From assembly GCA_900088475.1 (NCBI GenBank), contig FLMG01000683.1, positions 54,370-118,369 on the forward strand: a stretch of DNA of 64,000 nucleotides. Reading direction: 5' to 3'. Positions 36,601 through 49,534 of this stretch are shown here, piece by piece. The stretch's first letter is position 1, and each line of letters begins with the position of its first letter. The notes beneath the pieces were generated by a model. It searched no databases and was not told the DNA's origin. It saw only the letters and a program-made list of their open reading frames with translations. The position numbers were made by a program, and so were the translations under genes. Source of the DNA: Hyphochytrium catenoides. Its lineage: Eukaryota; Protista; Hyphochytriomycota.

Positions 36601-36810
36601 TCATTGTAGAGGACAGCTGGTAACTGCATGCTAATCGTTATTTTGCCTCACCAGCATCCACTCGACTCTGAGGACGTTAAGGCTGCACGCGCGGAAGAGA
36701 AGAAGGTGATGAAGGAATGGATTAAGGAGTACAATAAGGAGAAGAAATCAGCCATCTTTGGACTTGATGATCTCCATTTTCCTTCTGATATAGCCAGAAT
36801 CGCTCTTTAG
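33700..36810 (+). CDS. PRCP: Serine carboxypeptidase S28, lysosomal Pro-X carboxypeptidase-like, with signal peptide
   Basis: Signal peptide [19 protein letters not shown]; [25 protein letters not shown]; catalytic [18 protein letters not shown] and GHHYD. Part of the gene is hidden by an N gap. Confidence 0.92.
34519..34599. other. Assembly gap (81 N) inside the S28 peptidase gene
   Basis: Run of N between the AEHRY and FGGSYGG motifs. Confidence 1.
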
Positions 36811-37026
36811 ACCAACCCCTTCTCTCCCTCTCAATAGACTGATAGATATCCCGGTCATAGTGAAAGTAGCGCTCTCTCGCTTTCACCTTCTTCGACCTCT
36901 CAGTAGAGTGTAGCTATGAATATTATGGACAAGGGAACATAGCTAGTTCTTGTCAGAGATTAAATAGAACTTTGGATACAATCAGGGCCTCCGTATGAGC
37001 TTGCCAGTGTCCCACACTCTCTACTT

Positions 37027-40000
37027 TCACTGCTGCTTTCTTTTCTTTTTCTTGTTAAGATCCTCCTTCGCGTCTCTAGCTCTAAACTCTAACGTTTCGT
37101 TCAGCTCTCCCATGGCCGTCCGAGCATCCACAAACTTTCTTTTGCTTCCTGGAAGTAGAGATCAGTTAGAAGAAAAATCAAATGTCGCGGCATAGTTTGC
37201 AGCGTATGGTCCACACAAGAAACTCAAGCAAAACATCTCAAAGAATTTGCCCATAGCCTACATGCCACAGCTAGAGGTGAACGAGTCCAAGTATGACAAA
37301 TGAGAGAAATAGAGTTGAAGATGTTCACAGGCAACGTCTCTTTTTGATCAAGAAAGAGAAAACAAACAACGGCATGAGAGGGACGTGAGGGTGCAGAACA
37401 GAGTAGCGGAAGAGAAGGTGCTTGCACTGAGAGACACGGACCTGTTGGACGGAGAGGTTGCGCCAGCATCAACTTCAGCCTAGTTTCTGCTCTTGTCACC
37501 TCCAAGCTGGCGCTGTCAGGTTTAAACTTTTCCAGCAGCTCCTGCGCACCCAAAAGAGCCACGTAGCGTCAGGTGACTACAGCCCGAATCTATACTCAAA
37601 TCACCACTCATTATAGGTCTAAACCATCTTTTCCGCTTCCACATGCAGTTTCTTAGCAGCCTCTACGAGGCTCGTCCTTACCTCATCCAAGAGGAGATCC
37701 GCAGCTTTAGCTTGCTCTAGGAACCAGTTGCTGTTTGATCTTTTCTTGGATGTCTGCCAGAACGCATTCCGAATGGGAGATTTAGAGGATTGTTGGATCA
37801 AGAAAGCGAAGAAGTCAGGCATTCGAAGGTGGAGAACTAGTGTGAAGAGCAAGCTTGTCCTGGAACCTAATCAGAGAGTTATAATGACAATGTATAGACA
37901 GGGCAACAAGCTGTTCATGAGATGTAGGCTCGAGACACGACATCGTAGTCGTAAATAACCTGTGTCTGGTGCTTCTCTATGATCACTGCACATTGCATCC
38001 TGTCTCGTACGGGAGGAAGGAATCGCAGATCTACAGGGAAGGTCTCAAACGCGTCCGTGCCTGACACTATGTTACATATCTGCATTTGGGTTCTCTATAG
38101 CGAAAGATGAAAGCAGCGGAGATCTGATGTAAGAGTGCTGGCCGGCATCTCGTCTGTAGGGTTCAGCGATGGAGGAAAAGGACGAGGAAAGAAGAGGCTT
38201 AGATGGAAACGTTGAAGAGCTTCTCTTAACCTTCTCATTGGGGGTGACAAGGCTTAGACTGAGCCCTTCGGCAGCTGCTCTGGCCGTCCTCCCACTCCGA
38301 TGAATAAAGGTGTCGGCAGCTTTTGGGGCATGGTAGTGTACTATATACCGTACATTAGAGATGTCGAGACCCCTGGCAGCTACATCTGTGGCCTGTAAGG
38401 TGAATAAAAGAGAAGATGCTTTATACCGAGGGGTAGGATGGCTTCCTGCTACAATTGCCCCATACCAAAGAATACAATGTAATAGTGAGATGCAGAGCAA
38501 GAGCCTCGGAATGGTGCCCAACCAGAGTAAAGACAGAGCAGACGTGCTGGCTAAGAGGATAGAGTGCTGTCATTGATGTTCAACCGTAGATTTGGAGTTC
38601 AACAAAAGAGCAATAAGAGCTTTCGACGAAAGAGTCGACACTCTTCTAATGTCAGCAAAAAGATTAACGACATCATCCCTTACCACCAGTATAGTCTTAT
38701 CGTCACCCTTGAATCTATCCAGCTTCTTCAGTCTCTGCCTCTGCTGCATGTTGGCATGAAGACCGACAACAGGAAGCTCCAGTGTAGAGAGTAAAGTGGC
38801 AAGCCTTTTAACGGCAGAAATAGCGTTCGCAAAGACGATCGTCCTTCCTGGATACTGAGAGGGTGTTATACGTTGAAGGTTATGGACTACAAAGAAGAGC
38901 CACAAACACTTATGAAAACCCTGTGAATCCCGAGGGATATGGAGATGTAAGAGAAGGAAAGGGGAGCTGGAAGCAGGCGCAAAGAGCACTTTCGGTGGCA
39001 TGTGCAAAGTCTCAGACCCTGCTCCGTGAAGTCTTACTGATATTAGGCCAACGTTTACCTGAAGCAAGAAGTAGTAGAGATAGACGTCCCTTTCCTCTTC
39101 AAGGCACTCCAGTTCACAAAGCCGAAGGCCAGCTGGTAGAGAGACTTTACTCTTCCCTTGTGCCACTAGCTTCTGCTCGCCTTCCTCATGCGTACCCCTT
39201 GTCAAGTCGACCACCACAGGCTTTCCTCTCAAGCCGACTCTAGTGATGGCTGATTGTATGAGGTTGATACTCTTTGCCTTTTTCTTCTTCCATTTCTTCC
39301 CTTTCTTGAATCGCGCTTCGTCTCCCAGGGAGAGGGTCGCCGAGAAGAGGAACGTCTGCCGAATGACTGTTTCTTCAGCTTCGTCCAGTTCAGCCTCTGA
39401 CGACGCTGATCCATGCAGGACCACGTCCTCCTGTGTCTTCTCACCAAGTTCTTCTTCGTCTTCGCTTCTATAAGAGTCCGATTCCGGCTTGCCTTCATCA
39501 TTTAGGTCTGTTATATCCGCGTCCTCGTCGTCTTGTGGCAATCCGTCACTATCTTGGTCATTAACAGAATCGGCTGATGACTCATTCTCTCCATTCTTCT
39601 CCCCATTTTCAACCCCTTCTCCGTCACTGTCCGAGTCTTCATAGCGCACGGCCGGAAGCTTTTTTTGCTCCTCTATCTGTGCCAAAATGTCATCCGTCAA
39701 CATCTGCACGGGGGCAGCAGCGGGCTCCAGACCCATCATATCGTCCATATCTTCTTCGTCTTCTCCTTCCTCTTGCTTGGAGTTTTCAGACCTAGTCTTG
39801 ACGACCTCCAACTACGCAGAAGTCGGAACCCAGGTTAGTACTAAAACCTTGAACTGCCAATCTAGATGCTCACTCAGCAAGTAGTTTGACGTCTTGACTT
39901 TTCTCTTTCTGTCTTCCCTTCGTCTTCTCCCTGTTCTAGTAATATCCTTCCTGGCTCTCTCTTCCCCTTTTCAACTGCCCTTGCGCTACGTGCTCTTTCT

Positions 40001-41538
40001 CTCACTCACTCTATCTCATACACACTCATCTCTCACTACGTTATTTCAAGTCACCTTTTGTACTACTTCCTTAGGCTTCGTAGCCATCTGCTTGTTGCTT
40101 TTCCCAAGAACCTCGAAGATTTTGTTGAGCTCGGGGAAGTGCCCAGGTTCAAGCATTCTATCCGCTTCATCAAGCACCAAGAAGCGAAGTGAGGAGGATA
40201 GAGTGGAGAAAAGCCTGTGACTCTGAATAAGCTCCCAGAGTCTACCAGGGGTACCGATAACTATCTCGGGAGAGTATGAGAGCAACCTCTCCTGCTTCTC
40301 TTGAGACATTCCACCCACTATTGAGACTGCGCGGATAGGACTCCCTTTGATGAATTCATGGAGATGTTGCTGAACCTATGGAGAGAGTTAGACGGCCGCT
40401 GGACAACTCGGATCCATATAGAAAGCGCTTGACGAGATGTGATACAAGGGGTGAAGAAGGATGAAAGAGATCAGATACTGCGCTAGGGAGAGCCTCACCT
40501 GCATCGCAAGCTCTCTTGTTGGAGTAAGGATTAATGCCTCCACATTACCCTGTCTCCTTTGGCCTTGTCTATCATCCGCGCTACGAAGAAGATAGTCGAG
40601 GATCGGCAGACCATAGGCAAGCGTTTTCCCTGAGCCTGTCTCCGCGATACCCAGGATGTCCTTCTTCTCCAAAAGAGCTGCAGGGAGGGTCTTTTCTTGG
40701 ATGAGAGTAGGCGAAGAGAAGCCAAGGCGACTGAGGGTGGAGAGAATGTGCTTGTGTAAAGGATACTTCCTCCATTTCTTCACAGAAACGGCTGCGGTGG
40801 CGACATCTAGGCCAGTGTTGTTCTCCTCTTTCTGCTCAGTCTTCAACGGACTTTCCTCTGTTGTGGGACTCTCCTTCGGGGTCTCCCTACTTTTCTTCTT
40901 CCTTTCCTTCCTCTTTTCTTTCTTGCTAAGCGCAGGAGAGCTATTGATCGCCTCGTTCTTGTCTCCCTTGTCGTCAACATGTGAGGGCTGCTTTTGCTCC
41001 TTCAGTACCGGACTCTCCTCTTTATCCTCTTCTTGCTTGCTCAATATGTCTGCTGATGTGGAAGCCTTGGATACCTCCTTATCAACAAGCGTGTGACCTC
41101 GAGAGGTTTCTTTTGGCCTGTTCAAAAGGGCTAGACGTCAAACGCTTCTTCTAGTAGTTCTGTCCTATTCCAGTTTCTTACCTCATTATGGTTCCCCGAG
41201 CTTCATCACGGATAAGTTCGTACGAGTTGCCTATAGAATAGTAGGTTACTTGACGGAGCGTTTGACCACATGGGCTTTCTTCTCGATTCCTGCAAGCTGT
41301 CAGACGTACCATCTAGCACTTCCAAGGAGAGCATGGTGCCATCTTCGAACCCTTCCAGCTTGTACTCCTCCAAGTCCATCTGCTTCCACGGCAAAGCCTC
41401 AGAGGAGAAGCCAAAGCTCTCTTCAGGTTTGGACTGTCGCTTCCTCTTCATTTTGGTTTTCTTCCGTTCCCCTCCATCTTCAGGTTTAGAGGGCTTGGCG
41501 CTGAAGGCTCCGCTGGCCAGTAACTCTAATGTGTCCAT
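37027..41538 (-). CDS. DDX24: DEAD-box RNA helicase DDX24/MAK5-like, multi-exon
   Basis: Q motif [44 protein letters not shown], acidic insertion, [45 protein letters not shown]. The last exon ends KKKKRKQQ*. Confidence 0.93.
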
Positions 41539-42101
41539 GCTTTCCGGGAGATTTTGGCAGAGCGGTCGGATGGACAGTAGAACCGCAAGCACTCTGGCAA
41601 GGAAGCTACCCTCGTTCTTTCTACGGATACAATCGCTGGCAGAGATTCTGATCTGCTTTCTCCTCCGCAGGTCAAAGCGGAAGTTTCTCATTGCTTCTGA
41701 TCTCCGTTATTCTTGGCGCTTCATTGGCGCAGGAACGAGAGTGCTAGGGTACCGCTAACGGACGGAGAGAGAGTTGTAAAAACGGATTGAGACTGTCAAA
41801 TGTCTAAGTGGATGGGTTTTCGCACCTGAAGGGAGTGATACTGGAGAGGTGGAGAATTCGTAATATCCGGATTGGGCCAGGGATGGTGGCGTTACCGGTA
41901 ACTGGTGGCGCAAGATCAGCTTTCTGTTGGACTATCCTGCAGGAGCTGAGGAGGCTGAATTATCTGAATTCTGAAGCTCTAAGTCAGGCAGCTCATCGCT
42001 GCAGTCGGAGTTAAGGAAGCACGCTAGGACCCCCTGCCTCCAGAGCTATAGTCACCCGTCATTGCTAGCCTTGCTGCCATAGTCTGAGAGACCTGCCTAC
42101 G

Positions 42102-43296
42102 ATGGACCCCCTCCTGCAAGAAGCGATAAATAAGGGCAACCCCGTTGTCTTCTTTGACATAACCATTGGCGGAGTTCCAGCAGGCAGAATAAAGCTAGAG
42201 CTCTTCAAGGAATCATGTCCAAAGGTACCGACTGGTGGCAGCTATATTATAGCTTAAGCGATACTAAACCCTCTCTCTGCCTTCCTTTCTCTCCACGCCC
42301 CCCCTTGTCCCACCAGACCGTAGAGAACTTTAGGTAAGTGCCCTCTCTGTTTAATCGTCTATCCCGCACAATAGCTTAGTAGCCCTCACTTCTGCATTGG
42401 TAGGCAACTTTGCACAGGAGAATACCGGTAAGACGTGTGATGTAGGACACGCCTTTAGTATGGGCGTTGACATTGCCTTAGCAAGCAGGAGATTCCCGTA
42501 GGTTATAAGAACAGCTCATTTCATAGAGTTATTAAGGACTTCATGATTCAAGGCGGAGACTTCGTGAAGGTTTGTGATCACCCTACGTGCTTACTTGAGA
42601 TCTCTACATTCTCATGGCCTTCCACAGGGCGATGGTTCAGGAAAAATGAGTATATATGGAGAGTCCTTTGCAGACGAGAACTTCATCCACAAGCACACGG
42701 GCCCTGGCATGCTGTCAATGGTCAGTACAGAAGTTCATTGCACCCTGCTTTGTTCATTGAGTGGTAATGTCATATCTGTAGGCAAATAGTGGTCCAAACA
42801 CTAATGGCTGCCAGGTGCGATGAGGATCTCATCTGCTCATGTCCTAGTGTTTTTCTACGTTTACTCTAGATACTCCGCTGCGTTACTTCTGGACCCAGCT
42901 CCCTTCTCTGGGTCGGGGCTGATGCTCCCATGTCCTAGCGCACTACTTGAGTTCTCGTGTGCCTTCTTCCTCTGCGTCCTCTGGCGACGTAGTTTGGTTG
43001 AAGGAAGTTACTTTCGCGTTTAGACTTACGATGTCTTCTCCTCTCGCGACGCTGTGTTCCTCGCTCACGGCGCCATAGTCACAGAGCGTTGTGCCTTTCT
43101 GACGCTGACTATACGCTCCTTCTAGTTTTTTATTACCTGTAGCAAGGCGGACTGGCTGGATAACAAGCACGTGGTGTTCGGAAAGGTTCTGGACGGCCCC
43201 TCATTACTGACTGTGAGAAAGATAGAGAACGTAGCGACGGGCCCTAACAACAGACCAAAGCTGCCCATAGTGATTGCAGAGTGTGGTGAATTATAA
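42102..43296 (+). CDS. PPIH: Cyclophilin H (spliceosomal PPIase), 7 exons
   Basis: Spliced product: [12 protein letters not shown]...[15 protein letters not shown]...[20 protein letters not shown]...[18 protein letters not shown]...[10 protein letters not shown]...[16 protein letters not shown]. Confidence 0.95.
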
Positions 43297-44540
43297 GGAA
43301 GGTAATATAATAAGGATGGGGTCCTCTCCCCAATGAAGCCAGAGGATCGTTCCAACTTCTAGATCGGAAAGATTACAGCGTGGGTTTCACACCAGCAACT
43401 CACATGTAGGGGACGTTTCGCGTCAGGGACCTGCGACGGAGTGGGCAACGCTCGGCTGTAACCATGACATGTGGGGCCACTAGAGCCGGTTAATTTGGTT
43501 GGAAAGCTGAGGAGCTGAGGAAATCTGTCATGGATGGTTAGGAGGGACTGCTGAAAGTGCACTTCTTGTGAGGCAGTCACTAAACTGCCGCTATTGCACA
43601 GTTTTAGAGCTGCTATCGGTCGATATTCTTGTGGCTTACAGCCAAACATTAATGAAAACATTCGTATCCTCAAGGCGAGCTTTTTCTAGCTTGGACAATA
43701 GATGCAAAGAGTTGGCCCGTCTATGACCGCTCTGCACGACACTCAGGCTCAGTTCGTTAACAACCGTCAGCTAGACAGTAGCACCCTTAGCCATCGCGGT
43801 ATTACAAAGCGTTTTAAATCATCCCATCATGGCTTTCAGGCGGAGGGGCGGCACAAGGTACAGTATAGTTCTCCTCGCCAACTTTAAGAGACCCTCGTCG
43901 CTCTATTATTCTATAGAGTCAGAGCTGTGCTGGCTGCGAGCACTTTGTCATTCTGTAAGTTATTGAGAGGGAGTTTGTCGAAAAATCTGCTTGACTCTGC
44001 CGCGTCAATACAATTGCACTGTCTCGCCGTGTCTCCAATTGCAATGTGAAGACTGAAGACACAATCTTCCAGCCTTCCAATAATGTGAAGACACAATATT
44101 CATTCACCAGCCTCCTCACTATGCTCAATGTGGCTCATTATCCATGATAATAAACGATTTCTTACATTCTATTACTAATTATAGAGCACTCTATTGGGAA
44201 CCATGCGGTTATGGATGCTTCCCGCAGAACACCCGCCAAAACTCGGTGCGACGGAATTGAATCACTGAGTTTTCTTATTCTTCCGCATTCAGTTTCTGCT
44301 TTACGCGGCGCGTGATCGCAGCTAATCCGACAACTTTTCCCATTATAAACAGATTTGGAGACTCTCACTAAGTAAAGCTCGGATAAAGGGCAAAAAGCCT
44401 TGAGATCCACTGAAATCCGTTGGAAGCAATGTGGAGTGAAGCCTGGATAACAAAGATCAAAAGGCGCTAGGGTCGTCCTGCCGTAGCTCCATCACTGACG
44501 CTACTACTAGTGTGGGCCGTAATATTCGCACAAACCTGAA

Positions 44541-45218
44541 ATGGCGGCTGATAACGTGGATCCCTCAGCCGACCCTGCTAGCTTGGACGAGTTGTTATCA
44601 CCAAAGAAGAAAGTGAACAGAAGGTTCTACTTTACAGACTCTGCAGATATTGCGCTTGCAAAACAAGGTGAATGGGCTTCATCCTCTATTGTGACCAAGA
44701 TCTCCCATCACCTCTGATGAATGGCTCTCCATAGTGATAAAGCACCGTGTGTTTGCTTGTAAGCACGGCAACTATGGCAAGAAATGGGAAGATGTTGCCG
44801 CATCCATCCGAGCTCACAATCCAGACCATTTTCCTAGTGGGCCAAGTTGCAAGCGGAGATTTAATCTCCTTCTGCAACACTACAGAGCGCGTTTCAACGC
44901 CGGCGTCCCGGTACTTGGTGGCGAACAGGCCATGACCACGCTAGAATGTCTTATGAAAAAGTATTTAAGCCTTAGTCGGACGCATCAGGTCAGTCTTTGA
45001 ATGACGTCATTTACTGATAGGTGACTCACATATCCCGGCAGTGCATTTTGGAATCTATGGAGCTCCAGAATATAGACGAGAACAGAGTGCAGAAAAGTTC
45101 CAAAGTTAGCGCTGCAGTCAAGCAGTCCTCAGGAAAACGAGATAAGCTGTCGCAGGACGATGTGGGACCGGCTGTCAAAAAGCTACATGTCACCAGGGAG
45201 CCAACCTACGACCAGTAG
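44541..45218 (+). CDS. Myb/SANT-like DNA-binding protein (PIF/Harbinger ORF1-like), 3 exons
   Basis: RFYFTDSADIALAKQ|VIKHRVF...KKWEDVAASI...GPSCKRRFNLLLQHY; short GT-AG introns near 44668-44733 and 44989-45041 keep the frame. Confidence 0.7.
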
Positions 45219-45690
45219 AGATGGGGACTTGGCCCTTATTTCCGAACCTTAAGACACGGGCTGTCATGAGAACATTGGCCGCACGCTCATTTCGGGCGAT
45301 AGGGAGGTCCTTGGTGCCAGCAAGAGGGACCGGTAGGACTTGATGCTGAACGCGTAATACGGCAACGGAGTCGAGGGACGGCTCCCAGAAGGGTACAACA
45401 TTGCAGAGTACTCAGCAGCCAATAACGTGTTTGGCCACTATATATATGAGCTAAAGCTTCAGATGAGAGAAGTTCGGAGAACGTCAGTACTGGATGGGGG
45501 GATGTATGGTAGGTACTCGGGGGCGATTAGCTGTTTAGACTGAGACGCAGGTTGCGCCATAGAAGGAGTATCACTATCTGCGGTTTAGCTCGGAAAGGCA
45601 GAGTGGTTACCGTCACTAACATTTCAATAACGGGTTCAGGTGCAACTTTCCGCCCCCTAAAACGGAACCATGGTGCTCTTTTTCCCTGCC

Positions 45691-46430
45691 TTACTTGCGC
45701 AAGTTACTTGTTATTGTCAGGTTGTTGAGATCGTCCAAGAATAACGGCATCAATGTCGAGCGCAGCTTCTTATACACCATTGCCGTGTCCATAGCGACGC
45801 TTGGTCTTGCATCGCTAAAGACCCTTTCGTCAGCTTCCCTTCTCCATGTCTCTTCAGCTCTTCTTTCTCTAGATAAGATCACCTTTCTTCCAAAGTGTCC
45901 ATGAGATGCCTCACTGCTTCCGCTATTTCATGGGTCCTCACGCGGCGTTCTTCCCTCTTTACTCAACTGGCCTCACAGACTGTTACTTGATCTCCTAATA
46001 TGTGCTTCGCTTGATTTACAACTGCGTCGAGACTGTCGGGCTTTTCTACTCCCATCTCTTTAAATGGTGCGAGCCTGTGATACCCTGCATTCTAGTAGAT
46101 TTCCTTCAGGCCGCGTCCGTGTAGATTGTTGGAAAGGACACCACCTACGACCTTACAACTCAGTGAACCTGCGCATGAAGCCTACGGTACATTCCTACTC
46201 TATTAGGGGCGGCTGGTTGAAGAAGACAACTGTTACTCGCTCGACATAGAAATGTTCTTATTTCTGCAGGTTGCTCGTCCTCTTCCTCCCTTATGGTACG
46301 GGCTTTCTTCTTCGGTACAAGTGATGGACGCCCTACTATGGACTGCATCGGAGTACTGGGCCTGATCTAGTAGATGAGGCCATCTAGCTGCCATCAGCGC
46401 TGGTAATGAGGGTGGGACTTGGAGCAAAGA
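45691..46430 (-). pseudogene. Possible decayed coding remnant, unassigned
   Basis: Protein-like stretches (KEMGVEKPDSLDAVVNQAKHILGDQV*, RTHEIAEAVRHLMDTLEER*, VYKKLRSTLMPLFLDDL) interrupted by stops and frameshifts; no family recognised. Confidence 0.25.
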
Positions 46431-46856
46431 GAGGTGCAGCTTTTGGAGTTCAACTAGAATACTCCTTGGGCTCGTACCTTTCAGTTCCTACAGAGAAACA
46501 AGGCTCCGCTTATGACTTTGCTCTCTTTTTTTGGTTCTTGGGGTACGGATTTAGAATTCTAAGGCTTCTGAGCACAGAAATTCTGTAATTCTATGACAAG
46601 GATCCGAGATTCGAGGGGTTCTTCTTCTTACACGTTGGCATAATCCTTGATGCTGACGAGATTAGGTCCACATGTCAAGATCTTCAAGTGCAAGTTGAGG
46701 GCTCAGATCTGTAATCTCTGCTTACACTGCATTAGCATAGGAAAGCTGATTGCTCTTGATGCTTCACAGAGTTTCGACTCCTAGTGCTTCAAGGTAGAGA
46801 TCTCTGCTTGGTGAAGATATCAGGAAGTCTAAGCACTTCCACCGTTTTTGTACGCA

Positions 46857-49377
46857 ATGGAACCCGAGCCACAAGAGCGACGAGTAACCAGACTGCTAAG
46901 CCAGCTTGGGATGTCTGAGCAGCCCCAAGTGCTGTCCCCGGGGCTTACTATAAGCAAGCCCTTACTGGCACAAGAACCCACCGCGAGCATTGGCGGATTG
47001 TCGTCACAGATTGCTCGGGTTTACTACGGTATTGCAGGAAGCACTGCGGACAGTGAGCGCCATGGAGGGAGTTTGGTCGCGCAAGTGCTTCGTGCTCACA
47101 ACATCAAGCATATGTTCACGCTGTCCGGAGGGCATATCAGTCCGATCCTGGTGGCCTCCAAACAGCTGGGCATCCAAGTCATAGACGTTAGACACGAAGT
47201 CACAGCGGTGTTTGCAGCAGACGCAGTCGCGAGGTAAGCCTTGAAAGCTATCCCTCGTCAAAAGACTACGCTTTACCAACTTTTGTAGGCTCACCGGCAT
47301 TCCTGGAGTGGCTGCGGTTACTGCGGGCCCTGGTGTCACCAATACGATTACCGCTGTCAAGAATGCTCAGATGGCTCAATCTCCTATTCTACTCCTAGGA
47401 GGAGCTTCTGCTACCATCATGGCTGGGAGAGGAGCACTTCAGGATATCGACCAGGAGTCCATCTTGCGGTAAGAAAGCAGTACTGTAGGTATAGCTTACG
47501 TAACATATCTCTTACTGCATGCTTTTCGACAATGCATTGGTAGCCCTATTTGCAAGTTCTGCCACACGTGCACCTCAGTGAGGGAGATAGTGCCTACACT
47601 TCGGCTGGCTCTGCAAGCTGCAATGTCGGGCGTGCCAGGTCCTGTCTACGTTGGTCTTCCACTAGATATTCTGTATCCGATTACTGAGATGAAGGCGAGC
47701 TTCGGGTTCTTTGAACGGAGCAAGAAGCGGGACCTTCAGCCGTCAGACGTTCAGAGAGTCCTTGTACCAGTTGAAGCGTCGAGCAAAGGACTAACAAGGG
47801 AGAAATACGTTGAGTCATTAAGAGATAACAGCCCCGTCTTTCTCCACAAGAAGGATGGAGATCAACCGCCCTTATTTCAGCGGACCTATCTTAATTGGAA
47901 GCTTCGTGACCTATTTGCTGGAGCTTTTCAGGAAGGAGAGCAGTACGGTCCACTGCCTGTTCAGGTTTACTCCTCGGGGCGTTGTCACTTTTCCATCCAG
48001 AGACACTGACTCTCTACGTTTAACGTTTGTGTAGATTCCAATGCCCTCCCAAGCAGACATCTCAAGCACTCTAGCACTTTTGAAAGCTGCCAAACGCCCT
48101 GTGCTCCTGATTGGTTCGCAGGCTATGCTTCGTGCAGCACCGGATGCCACACGACTCCAAAAGGCCGTAGAAGCCCTTGGGATTCCTTGTTTCTTAGGGG
48201 GCATGGCGCGAGGACTGATGGGGAGGAACCATCGCCTTCATATCCGTCAGAACAGGGGGCTGGCACTGCAGAAGGCAGACGTAGTCATCCTTGCAGGGAC
48301 AGTATGCGACTTCCGTCTGCAGTATGGACGGAGCTTGTCAGCTCAATCGCACATAGTCGCGGTCAATCGTTCGGCGGAGGACTTACTGATGAATGCTGAC
48401 CGGTTCTGGAAGCCTAAAGTGAAGAGTCAATCCGATCCTTGTGACTTTCTGCTTTCCATCTCTAAGGGAGTAGAGGAATCTAAGCTCGACTGGGCGGCTT
48501 GGGCAGAGTCTTTAAAGGAAGCAGAGATAAAGAAGGAACAGGCAAACTTTAGCATGGCGAATATGCCTGCCCTTGGCCGAGGTGCGAAACAGGGGCACAG
48601 ATTGGTCAACTCTTTAGACCTTTGCTTCCACTTGGAGGAAGTCCTCCCGGAGAATAGCATTCTGGTGGCGGATGGAGGAGATTTTGTGGCAACCGCTTCA
48701 TACATCGTCCGTCCACGCGGACCTCTTAAGTGGTAAGCATTCTAGTCAAATATCAAGAGCGTAGTGCGTGGCAGAAGTCGGTTTTTGGATATCCTCCTCT
48801 CTTAATTGTGTCGCCTTCCCTTCCTCAGTCTCTTCGTCGGCCCTGGCTTGCTGTCATTGACTCCAGTATGCTTGTTGCCCAGATCCCTTCGTTCTTGGGT
48901 GACCAATGATATAACAATTTATTAACCCATCACTGTTCCTTTAGGCTGGATCCTGGGGCTTTCGGTACGCTGGGGGTGGGTGGAGGATTCGCTCTTGGTG
49001 CAAAGGTGGTCCACCCAGAGGCCGAAGTATGGCTCATCTGGGGGGATGGCTCTGCTGGCTACAGCATTGCCGAAATTGACACTTTCAAACGGCATGGACT
49101 CAACGTGATTGCTCTCATCGGTAACGATGCTTGCTGGACGCAGATCGAGAGAGAACAAGTGCCCATATTCAATGACGACGTAGCATGTCCTCTGGACTAT
49201 TGTGCCTATGATGTAGTGAGCAAGGGTTACGGAGGTGAAGGCATTGAGATCCGGGACCCGAATGGAGACATAACAGGGGCATTACGGAAAGCTCAGGAGA
49301 TGGCCCAGCACTTGCCCGTGGTGATTAATGCACATATTGGGCGCACTGACTTCAGGGAGGGCTCTATATCCGTATAG
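46857..49377 (+). CDS. ILVBL: Acetolactate synthase-like protein / 2-hydroxyacyl-CoA lyase 2 (ThDP enzyme), 5 exons
   Basis: [13 protein letters not shown]...[12 protein letters not shown]...[41 protein letters not shown]|[18 protein letters not shown], ThDP motif GDGSAGYS...GND, C-terminal DFREGSISV. Confidence 0.95.
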
Positions 49378-49534
49378 TCCTCCCATCACCAAGTATTCCT
49401 TCTTCATTGTAAGGTCGGTCATAATATATGTTAAAAGAGATGACTGTTGAATAAGCAACACTAGGCACTCGCAGGTTGATTGTAAATAAGAATAAGTTAA
49501 TGATTAATAAATTAGGCGAGAGTATAAGTTAAAC

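Noticed and set aside
40656-41758. Plus-strand ORFs overlapping DDX24 (and similar antisense ORFs over other genes)
   Set aside because: They are antisense shadows of well-supported genes and show no independent motifs.
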